Below, piece by piece: positions 23,859 to 34,529 of a DNA stretch of 64,000 bases; position 1 is the stretch's first letter, and each line of letters starts with the position of its first letter. A model generated the notes under the pieces. The model was not told where the DNA came from. It ran no database searches and saw nothing but the letters and a program-made list of their open reading frames with translations. Source of the stretch: Hyphochytrium catenoides (Eukaryota > Protista > Hyphochytriomycota); contig FLMG01003792.1 of the NCBI GenBank assembly GCA_900088475.1, positions 14,501 through 78,500 on the forward strand, read 5' to 3'. A program made the position numbers and the translations under genes.

Positions 23859-25774
23859 ACCCGTGCTGTTAATCGCTCTTCGGCCGAACCTTAGGTCTCC
23901 CTGGCTGGTGACGCGTTGCTGCCGAGCGTCTGCGCGCTTGGTGTTAGTAAGAGGACTGTCGGACTGGTGGTCCTGCACAGCTTGTTCCTCTACGAACTCT
24001 ACTTCGGCGGCATATAAAGGTGCGCTCCACTGTCCTCTAGCTGCTGCCGCCACAGGGCGCGGGTAGCAAATCAGTGAATGTAGAAGTAGATGACGGCGGT
24101 ACGCCCTGGATTAGTGGTGAAAAGCGGGGTCTCCGTTTGAAGCGTGGGATCTTGTAATGTAAGAAGACGGGCTAGTGAGTGCTAGGTCTTCACTTTAGCT
24201 GGCCAGGCCTGAGTTAGACTAGCGGGCAGAGGAAGACTTTAACTCCGGCGCTAACATAACGGCTTTGGTATCAGAAAGAAGTTATTAACTATCCTCTAGC
24301 CAGGAGTTAGTTAGGGCGGAAGAAGGTAGTAGAGTAGAGCGATAGACAGAAGAGAGCGAGAGGGAGAAAGANNNNNNNNNNNNNNNNNNNNNNNNNNNNN
24401 NNNGAAGAGAGATAAACCGAATGGTTTCTACTAAAAGTGCGCTGCAAGAGAAAGTTGTTCACAGCCCTGAGTAATTCTTGCCCTTGTTAATGAAGCGGAA
24501 TGTTCTCAGTCCTGAGTAGTACTTCCAAGTCCATACATAACACCTTCCCCTTTGAGATTCTTCGCCAGTAGGAAATAAGGTGTCGGTTGACGATAATTTA
24601 ATGACTCTTACGAATGCCTTTTGGTTAGTGGAGGGCGCTCCTCCCTTGGGTCATCTTAAGCTCAGCTACACCAATATTTCACCATCTGACCGCTTCAGCC
24701 TACTGAGAGGGGTGTGAGTAAGAGGTTCCTACGCTGGTGGCTTGTCTCAATAGCCGAACCTTTAGCTCAGAACACAACGAAGTCGCGCAAAGCCATGCTT
24801 GCTAAGTATCAGCAGCACACCTGTAAATGCAAGAAGGCAGACAATAGCAGTGACAGTCAAGAGGTGTGTACCTATCGTAAGCTCCGCAATGAGCTGTCAG
24901 CCATCCGGATCGCAGTGTGCAGGTGCAACTCATCGAAAAAATACGTTCTTACAACATTTCTGTTGAACGCGATAAAGAAGAAAGTTGATGATAGAGGTGC
25001 TTGTTCAGTCATCTGGGATCCTATAGCTATGTAGGTCTGTATGAGCGGACAAGGTATGAGCGGAAAACGTTGACAATATTAGTTCGCAAGTCTGTGTGGC
25101 TCTCATTGAACGAGTCAGTCCCCCACGGCTACTATAAACAGTGCAACCACGTTTGTGATAAATCCACATCATGCCACCAAGAGACCCATGTCTTTTGCGC
25201 TGTATGCTCTTGAACAGGTTCCTCAAAGCCCTAGATGCTTCCCAACAAAACAGATAATATTTCTCTTTCTGGACTCACCCTGAATGCTCATCAACACCCA
25301 CCACCTGTATCGTCTGCATGCAACGAGCTGAGCCCTCAAACTCTGAAACCACCAAACTGGCGTTTACATCCACAGCTCGCATCAATGCGCCTCGCAAGCC
25401 ACAGACCGCTTTATCTCTGCTCGTATTGGATTGTCAGCAACTAAAGAGCACAGAACCCAAACTTGCTCACACCTCTCACCTGTTGTGATCAAAGCTGCGG
25501 CGGCCTAAGACGCAATTTAACAGGAATGCCTTCTTTGCAACTTGGCAAACCTTCCAATCAGCAAACACACGCTTGCAAACACTCTTGCAAACATGTCAAA
25601 TTGCGCGCAATTTGACTCCCCGAGTTGCTCACTCACCCCATCTTCATTGCCCTCCCTTGCCAGCAAAAAGTTGAACCAGGAAACACTTGAACCAGCAAAC
25701 AAAGCCTTGCAAACACACTTCGAATGCGGTAATTGTGCGCACTCCCAAATGCTTGCACCCCGTTTGTCTTCTGC

Positions 25775-25925
25775 TTGGTGCTGGTGCTGGTGTTGGGGCT
25801 GGTGGTGGTGCTGCTGCTGCTGGTGCTGTTGTTGGGGCTGGGGCTGCTGCTGGTGGTGGTGGTGCTGCTGCTGCTGGGGGCTGCTGCTGCTGGGGGGTGC
25901 TGGTGGTGGTGGTGCTGCTGCTGCA
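25775..25925. repeat. compound trinucleotide repeat (TGC/TGG; CAG/CAC on the minus strand)
   Basis: Runs of tggtggtgg and ctgctgctg produce spurious poly-W/C, poly-L/V, poly-G/A and poly-Q/H ORFs in several frames. Confidence 0.85.
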
Positions 25926-26561
25926 TGCTCTTGCGACTCATTAGATAGCCTTCGCTTGTTGCAGCTCGATATCTTTCTTTACAGTCCATTATGGCCGGCG
26001 GCTTCATCGTCACCTCCTCCTGCCTGTATTATACAGGTAGTGTTTCTTTTTTATTGCTAGGGGACTCCTCAATGACTGCTGCTTCTCATGAATGAGGATG
26101 TTGTCGGTCGCCATCATTACTGCCAACAGCTGTTCATCAACATGATATGTTTGTTTTAGTTGTTGCGTTGATTGCCGCATCGTCATTGTGATTGCTTCAC
26201 TCTAGTCACCTCCTACTAGTAGGCTGTTGGAGGAGATATCCAAGACCTGTCGTGGTAGCGCTCGCAGTACTTGACACTCATAGCTGTAGAATAAGAATAT
26301 ACTGCAGGAGGCAGTAATGGGAAATTTTGATCGCGCCGCAGCACGGTCTGCAGCTGGGGCAACAAGAAGCACCTTATTCCCCTCCTGTTGTCAATGATAG
26401 TTAGACTCATTGGATACAAGCTTCTTTTCTGCAAACCGTGCCGTTACTTCCCCTTCCTACAATTTTAGTAGCAGAATAGGTGACGTATCGTAGGGCGATC
26501 TAGCTATCAAGACAGGCTACGGGCATCCAAGAAACGAGAGCCTACAATTTTCTTGACCGCC

Positions 26562-26707
26562 TCGGGCTTTCTCCTTTGAATTTCCTTCTTCTAGCTTTAC
26601 TAGGGGCTAATGTAAGAAAGCCTCACAAGTTTATCGGGCTTTCTCCTTTGAACTCTCTTCTTCTAGCTTTACTAGGGGCTAATATTAGAGAAGCATCACG
26701 AGTTTAT
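26562..26707. repeat. tandem direct duplication, about 72 bp x2
   Basis: tcgggctttctcctttgaa...ttctagctttactaggggctaat...agttta at 26562-26633 and 26634-26707. Confidence 0.9.
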
Positions 26708-29278
26708 CAGTGCAAGTAGCGTTCACTGACATCATTCAACATAGAGAAACGTCGCTGCTGCTCATCAATACCATACATGAAATGGTTTTTCTACAGAAGC
26801 GGACAAAAACATAATAACTAGTGCTACTACGATGAAAGTGCTTCAAATCCTCGTAGTTCTTATTGGTCTTACAAGCGAAGGCAGAACTATAGGATCCACC
26901 AGTACTGAGTCCCCTTCAGCTACTTAGCTTTGCTGAAGATTACGATTGACCACAACTTGGAAGGTGTCAAGATCTTCTATACTATAGATTCGTCCTCTCT
27001 CTTGCATCATAATAACTCTGCTCTCTGCAGAGCGGTAGACTTCATCAGCGAATTCACCTTCCTCAATGTTATAAGAGCAAGAATGGGGCTTTTCAAGACC
27101 CTGTAGAGTGAAGAACATGGTTTCCTTCGCATCTCCCTACGAGCAAGACAGCCGCAGTGACCATAGTACGCAATTTTGTCTTCTTGGACAGAGGCCGACA
27201 ACCGGTCAAAACTCAAGAAAGAAGGAAGGCCGAAACTCTAGTCAGGTACACTTCCAGAGCTCTAGGGAAACCTTCCTCGTGATCAGGATATTTTAACGAA
27301 CTAGGCAACGCCATTACGACGGTTGCCTTGCGTTCTAGGTCTCCCGAATAGATTACTTCCTTGTTGCCTACTACTGTAGCAGCCCGTCCTATGGTCTGCC
27401 TCTTCCGATATTCACCCCCATGTGCTGTCCCTGCCGCTTCTTGCTTCTTGCAAGTAGTAATTATAATTAGTCTTCAGGCATGTGTAGAACTATCTCCCGA
27501 CTATGACAAGCTGCAACGCTGCCGAGGGGAAAAGAATCTCTGAATATAGCATAGTCCTACAGAATTGATGTCAATAGATGTCAAAGGTTCTGTGTGTCTT
27601 ATTATGACCTGTCTTATGCCCTCGCTGAACAGGATATACTGTTCAGCGTAACAAAATAATTACGATGGAAACTTATTAGAGCCGCCATTATCATTGCACT
27701 CAACAACCACGATACGGTCTGTCTGAAAGCAGGGATGTGGAAGGAACTGGACGCACTAGGCTTGTAGCATGTAGTTTATAACTTTATAACAAATAAGAGC
27801 CTCCTCCTCTTCCCAGTACCTAGCTAGAGCCGGAGCGGAACCTGGGGATCTTTCCCCACCACATCCCTACCAGTCCCTGGTTCTTCTTGTTTCTTTCCTT
27901 CAAGGACCTGCTCTCCACTTCGTTGAGATCCCACCTCTGCCTCTCAGAGCTATAGTCTAGTGTTGTTACAGTAGCCATTGAACCGGTCCGCCCTCGGTCG
28001 CATTCTCAGGACATATCAGCAATTCTCAGGGCGAGAACCAAGTAATAGAGACGGAGAAGCTGTCTGGGAGTGAGCGATAGTAGTAGCAGCGTGAAGCTTG
28101 GTGGCGCACTAGTAGTAGAACTATCTTCTCTTCTCTTTGCTCCTTGAGTAGCTCTACCAGAGGAATCACAGCAATCAAACGAAGTACATGTGATGCGTCA
28201 TAAATGCCAGCCCTAACATTAACCTAGTAACGCTATGGGAAGGTGTTCTACTACTACTGTTTTCCCTCTAAACTACAGCTTGCCTGCCAACCTGGGAAAG
28301 CAAAGGCAACGGGATATTTTTGTAGCAATACTAATAGCCAGTCCAAAGCCCTTGTGATTGGCCATGCAACAACAAAGAACTGAAGCTACCACTAGAACTA
28401 CTGAGTATTGGCTAACAGTTCTACCCTTGAGATCACGAAGTGCTTGTCTTCTGGTCTCGAGAAGAAAAGATAGATGGAAAACAGCCTCGAGGGACTCCAC
28501 AGGCTTCCATCTCTCAATGTCCTTCCTCCCCTCCCATCTTGGGTATCATCTCAGGTATCTTTTGCGAGACCCAGCCCTAGTAATACGCCAGTGGTAAAGC
28601 TCGTATCGGTATAAATATATGTAAGTAGTAATACCATTTAGAAGCGCTCCATAGTTCTGGCGTAGTCGCAGTTAGGGCTTCCAGCTGCTCAGCTGTACAC
28701 TCAGGACCCTTCTCGACCCAACAGTTTTAGACCTTTAGCGTCGGACTAACCTAATCCTACGCCGCAACTGGTCAACATACTAGGTGAGAGCGCAATAACA
28801 AACCTAATGATTTGCCGCCTGAAGATGAAGGCTAAGTCGTTACCGGTTACCTGAATCAGAATTAAGTTCTGGAAGGTGGTTGGGGTTGCTTGGTCTGTCA
28901 TTATTATCGCACATCGTGAGTGTGAGGATGAGCGGCAGAGAGACAAAGGAAAGATAGCGGCAGGTGGCCGCGCCGACTCAGATCTCAAACCGCAATTTCA
29001 GGCTCACAAGTGGCAAGGTTGGGCGCAACAAAAGCAATAGCTCCAGACGAAAGTAGTCTTCGAGCCCTGGTTCAAAGCCACGGAGTCAACATACCAGCAA
29101 TTGCTATCGGAAAGGCGCCTTTGCTCTTGAGGGCCTCCATTGGCAGACTCTTTCTGTGTGAGCCCTGTGGCTTTTGCCTGTACCAAAGAACAATCCTCAT
29201 TGTCCAGAGAGGTGAACGACTGACGTTCTATCGCCGTTCTGTCGCGTTGCCCTGTCGAACGTCATTTGATCAAGAGTT

Positions 29279-30121
29279 ATGACTATTATGGGTAGCAGAC
29301 ATCAAACGGTGCTCAGCTTAGCACTATTGCTCACTGCATCATTGGGGTCATTGAAGACTAGTCAAGCAGAGAGCTTCTTTGAAGCTTGCGCTGGAGTTGA
29401 ATCTACCTCAAATGGCTGGATTGTTATGGACGAGCAGGCTATTGCGGCTTGTGGCGGTGGTGAGGTTCCTGACAGCCCAGCCCCAGAAGACACGCTGAAC
29501 TACATTCCGAAGCGCTACCCACCCCTGTGCACAGATGCATGCAATCAAAACATTACCAGGATCATCGCGAAGACTAAAGCAGCTAAATGCGTCTTCGCGG
29601 AAAAGTATCCTATCGAAAAATTGGTCTCCTACATTCAGGACGTCTTCTGTGTCCCAAGCACCAAGTCCAGTGACCTGTGCTTGGTAGAGCTGGCCAAGAA
29701 AACACAAGCCCTAGGAGCTAATCCCTCTGACAGAGTTCAAGCTCCTGTTCTCTGTACTGATTGCTTCAAAACTGTATACCAACGCGCCACGGGCGTCCTG
29801 CCTCCTGGAGTAACGACTATTCTCTTTGGCAAAGATGCAAGCAGCGTAACGATGAAGGCTGAATTTGATAGCGGGCCAAATCAGTTCTCCCGCGTGAAGC
29901 GCATATGTGGAGATGACTACTCGTCAACCTTTACCACTGCCCCTCCTCCCACTACACCGCCTCCAGGGACAGCCTCATCTGACAAAAAGGGTCCTTCCTC
30001 GTCAGCGGACAGCTCAAGCTCTAATGCCGCCGATACCCCTTCCTCCTCTGCCAACGGCAAGGTTGTAGATATTAGCATGACAATGCTGACGACTTTGGCT
30101 GCGGCGCTCTACGCCCTGTAG
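29279..30121 (+). CDS. secreted Cys-rich protein with a Ser/Thr/Pro stalk and probable GPI-anchor signal (elicitin-like architecture)
   Basis: Single 280-aa ORF (start may be ATG 29288). Signal peptide LSLALLLTASLG..SQA-ES; about 10 Cys including LCTDAC and LCTDC; TTAPPPTTPPP/SSS stalk; hydrophobic tail SSSA...MTMLTTLAAALYAL. Confidence 0.85.
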   Translation: MTIMGSRHQTVLSLALLLTASLGSLKTSQAESFFEACAGVESTSNGWIVMDEQAIAACGGGEVPDSPAPEDTLNYIPKRYPPLCTDACNQNITRIIAKTKAAKCVFAEKYPIEKLVSYIQDVFCVPSTKSSDLCLVELAKKTQALGANPSDRVQAPVLCTDCFKTVYQRATGVLPPGVTTILFGKDASSVTMKAEFDSGPNQFSRVKRICGDDYSSTFTTAPPPTTPPPGTASSDKKGPSSSADSSSSNAADTPSSSANGKVVDISMTMLTTLAAALYAL

Positions 30122-32076
30122 TTGAGTCGCCTCTTAGCGGTCCTTCTTCTATATCGTACGAGTAGGTCGAAACAGGCTGGCTCAGGTACTGAAGAAACAT
30201 TACCTCTGCGTTGAGCGTGGCAAGTGGTGGTACATCGTACAGTACCGCTCTATTTATCCAGTATAGTTCATTATGGGCATGCAGTATTCTTCGATAGGTC
30301 TATAATAATATTAAGCCTTCTCTCTACATGTCGAATATAAACCTATGCAAGAGTCATGCTGCATATTTTCCCCTGGGAGGGTGTAGATTGACCACTGCAT
30401 CATTTGTTAAGAAAAGGGAAGCAAGTTGCCTTCCTGTCTAGCTCCATGGGCAGGAATCAAAATGAAGGCGCAGATGCCGCAAGTAGACAGACTGCGTACG
30501 GCCTAAGGCAAAACTAGCGTCCATTTTCTACGAGGTTCCTATATCAGTATCTGGCGCTGGAAAGCGCTGACCCGATTCCAACCAACTTTGCACACAGAAC
30601 AATACTACTGTCACCATGCTATTAGAGTCGATTGTTAGCCGTATCAGCTAGCCTATCATCAGGAGGAACGTCCTTGTTGGCTTGGTAGTGAGGCAAGAAA
30701 TGGCCGCTAGGGGAAAGGTAACAACAAGAAACCTTCACTGGGTATAACCGCCCACCTTATTAGGTTCTACCATAGGCGCAAGAGCCCATTGGATGAGTCT
30801 ATTAGTGTACGATGGCAATAACAAAGTCACGCAACGTTCCCAGCTTCTGGGCGGTCCTCACCCTCACGCTAGGTATCAGCTACTCCCGCTTCTTGACAAC
30901 GTCTTCGACGCACCCCAAACGGCGGAAGCCGTTAGCAGAGCTTCTCAAGGAGACACTTTGGTGGATGATGGAGACAATGGGAATTGAAAGAAGGCGTGTT
31001 AAGCCACGAGAGACGACTATTGCTGGGGAGGCATGATGCCTTATCGGCATATGGCAAGAAGTGCGGCCGACAAGGATATTGGGATAGTAAGCATCGTTTC
31101 AATTGGTCCTGGGTAGATGGCCAAACCTTCTACGCTTTAGGAGGAGCAAGATGAAGCAAGCTTGACATGGCCACCATGTAAGCTGAATCACTTCGTTGTC
31201 TCAACAGCAGGCAAAGTCAATTGCCATGCTACGTGTAGTCATGCAACTAGGTAAATTTCAGTTCCCAATCACTCACTAGAGAATCAGGTCATGCGCGGTG
31301 GCAGCAGCCGCCGCCGGCCGGCAAAGGCTTTGATTGAGATAGCTAACCATCTCTTCTTACGACTGCCTCTCGAAACAACGGCCTATAAAGACCAGCTTTC
31401 ATCATGCATTGGTAGTGGAATCTCAACACCCCTTATTACATCCTTACTTCTCTGACAGCGCTCCGCCAGAGGCCAGCAGAGACAGCTGCTGAGTAGGTCC
31501 CAACTGAGCTCTATGTATAGAGAGAGCAGCAGGCCAACCTCCTCCAGACAAACAACAAGGAGTGGAGCTCCCTAATGGCTCCAAGTACCCTGTCTGCACC
31601 ATCTCCTCCCTACAAGATCTTCGCACGGATCTGCTGCACCACCTAGCACAACCACTCCGCTGTTGCTATATCTTTTGGTCCTCCTCCTCTTCTTTCTGGC
31701 TTGGAAGGTTGTACTAGTAGTAAAGTCACTCCTCCTTTCCGTTTCATTCCTGTCTCCTCGCCTGTTGTGAGAGGTGTCCTCCTTTCTGTATAGGCGTACG
31801 CGATGTTAATCCGTACAGCTCTCATGATATAGCAGAATACCTTTAAAGATCCATCGTTGAGAGGGGTAGTAGGACGGGCGTTACCGGCTACGCTCTGGCT
31901 CTTTTTATAGGGTAGAGGCGGTTTGTCTCACCGTCGTGCCCCACAGTCGGGCAGGGAAGGTTATTTAGCGCCTGCATTTCTGTAGCACCAATAGAGAAAG
32001 AGCTTGATTCCAGTATACAGTAGAAGGAAGAGGAGGGAAGAAGGGAGAGATCCCAAGAGACATGAGCGTTATCCTC

Positions 32077-32380
32077 CACTCCCTACTCTGTCTTGCTGAC
32101 AGCTGTCTCTTTCTCTCACTCTTCTGGATCTAACTCTATTCTCTTAAGCCCTCTTCCACTCTCCTCTGTCTCACCTCTATTGTCTATGAAGTGCTATCTC
32201 TCCCTGTCACCTCCTCCCAGTTGCAGGTTCTTTCACTCCCAACTCTGTCTTGCTGACAGTTGTCTCTTCCTCTCACTCTTCCCGTCTAGCTCTATTCTCC
32301 TAATCCCTCTTCACTCTCCTCTGTCTCATCTCTATTTCTTATGAAGTGCTATCTCTACTTGGTCTCCTCATCCAAGTTGC
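32077..32380. repeat. tandem direct duplication, about 157 bp x2, pyrimidine-rich
   Basis: actctgtcttgctgacag...tctattctc...ctctcctctgtctca...tatgaagtgctatctct occurs at about 32085 and about 32242. Confidence 0.88.
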
Positions 32381-32864
32381 CACTGTTTGCTGCACTTTGG
32401 ATGCTTCTCCTTTCATGCTTCAGGTTGGCTCTCCACTGGCTTCTTGAACAGCACTTTCTGGCTCTATCTACCCTCTAAGGACATCCTTGACACCCCACAG
32501 CCCACACCAAGCAAGGTGATTGCCATCATGCAAGCGATAAAGTCAAAGAACGGTAGGAGATGCCACCCAGTGAGGTGCCATCATCGTCCAAGGATGTGCT
32601 TTGTGGGGTTGAGAGGAAGGGTGCAAAGAGGCCGAACTGAAGGATGGAGTGACGCCTGAACAGCAAAAGAGCATCCAGCTTGATGATGCGACCTCCTCAC
32701 TACATCTTTTTCCAGTGACATAGCAGGGACGCGTGGCGCATCAAACCTACAGCTGCCCGCGTATTCTTCCTCCTCCAACTAAGGCTATAGCCTCGCGCTA
32801 CTGAAGCAAACAACCCATACCGCGCAAATCTGAAGCCTTGCTACCATCTCTTCAATCCAGCACA

Positions 32865-33944
32865 ATGAAGGGCAACACCTCTGCTATAACCTTTCTGCTC
32901 GTCGCCGCATTGGCGCTGTTCGCAGCTACGGTCACTGGAAGGCCAACAGGAGCTCCAGCGTGCCACTTTAACCTTCAGGCAGTCACAAAGGGCCATGGTC
33001 CCCCCACAGACCTTCCTGAGGTAAAAATCTCACTCTCCGCGCAATTTTATGTTCCGGGCAAAGCGCTGAAGATCTCTGTCACCGGTCCCACCGGGTGGAA
33101 AGGGCTCTTGATGTATGCTAGCGCTCAGGGAGGAGCCCCAGCTGCTGGGGCGCCAACTGCTGGGGCACCAGGTGCCGGCGCTAACCCACCCACCACGGGC
33201 CCTGCCATCCCTGGCGGTAGTGCACCCACCACAGGCGCTGCCGCCCCTGGCGCCGCCGGTCTACGCCACCTCCAGCTCGATCCAGGAGCGCCAGGGACCC
33301 CACCTCCTACAGCCGGTGGAGCACCAAGTGCACCTGCAACTGGCGGCGTTGCGACGCCTGGAGGCACCAAGAATCATGTGGGCAAGTTTATCAACCTTCC
33401 TGGCGGCTTCAAGCCACAGACTCAGCAGGCGTGTACCACTGGACAGGTCACTAACGAAGGCCTAGACGCTCTCAGCGGAGCTTCCACCATTACGCACTCC
33501 GACCCAACAGCCAAACAGGACACTACATCGTTCATCTGGCTGGCTCCTACAAAGTCTGTTGGTCCTATCACATTTTCTGCTGTGGTTAACATGGGTGCTG
33601 GGCCTGTTAGCAAGTGGATGCTGGTTGACGTCGTGGTCAAGCCTGGCAAACTAGTGAGTGGACCATCTACTGGAAGTTCTGCAGGTGGAAATGGTACGAT
33701 TGCGGTCACCCCTCCAACTCCTACTGCAGCCACTGATTCGTCATCATCGAGCACACCTACCACTGGTGACAGCAATCTCCCCCCAACTGACGACTCTGCT
33801 CCAACGGACGGAACTTCGGGTGATGCCACTGGCGGAGATGCCACTGCAACGGCTGATGGTCTTGCAGCATCAGGTGCCGACTCCAACAGGGGCAGCTGGC
33901 TCTTGCCAGTGTTCGTTGCAATGCTTGGCGTTAGCTTGAGCAAA
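32865..33944 (+). CDS. secreted Reeler-domain protein with a Gly/Pro/Ala/Thr insertion, Ser/Thr/Asp stalk and probable GPI signal; 3' end runs into the N gap
   Basis: ATG 32865 (MKGNTSAITFLLVAALALFAATVTG). Reeler motifs RPTGAPAC..GHG, YVPG, WKGLLMYA, VGKF, TITHS, FIWLAP..GPITFSAVV. C-terminal SGA..WLLPVFVAMLGVSL. Gap at 33945-34004. Confidence 0.85.
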
Positions 33945-34529
33945 NNNNNNNNNNNNNNNNNNNNNNNNNNNNNNNNNNNNNNNNNNNNNNNNNNNNNNNN
34001 NNNNCGGCGAAGATCGCTGAAAGTGGCATCGAGCTCTGCTGCTCATTCCAAAGATTAAATAAATCTCAACAATATGAATCCCATCATCTCAGTACACCGA
34101 CTCTTCTTTGGTTTATCCGCTTCCTTTGCACTTATTGCCCCAACTTTGGGCTATCACCCTCGATGTCATCTTCCGCTCTTCGTATTTAAGCAGAGTTGTC
34201 CTCCTAGTTGACATGTCCTCGTTTATCATGTCTGTTAATTCTAAAGCGGCAAGGTGGGGCAGAGCTGTGTTAAAGGTGACTAGCTTGTACTTGAATTTGA
34301 TTCTTGACTGCTGCTGATCAGAAGATCCTCACCCACGGTCGCTACTGCTAATGCCACTTAGCAACGAAAAGATGAGTGCAGAAGATCGAATCAATGAAAA
34401 GTGCGATTGAGTTAGGGAACTTTGTTTTCCCTACAGATACATATGTTCTCTCATCATCAACTGCACTGCTCTGTCGTTTTGAAGAGAAGCTTGACACTTA
34501 GCAACAGATCACCCTTCACGACCTCTAAC

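Noticed and set aside
25542-26060. Trp/Cys-rich 172-aa ORF and overlapping poly-Q/H and poly-G/A ORFs
   Set aside because: These are products of a TGG/TGC trinucleotide repeat that is open in most frames; no domain is evident.
26216-27240. Fragmentary minus-strand ORFs that might be a decayed gene
   Set aside because: No family motif could be identified.
27623-27648. 10-bp perfect stem (cgctgaacag-gatata-ctgttcagcg) as a terminator or Helitron end
   Set aside because: The context is eukaryotic, and there is no U-tract or properly spaced CTRR. It could be chance.
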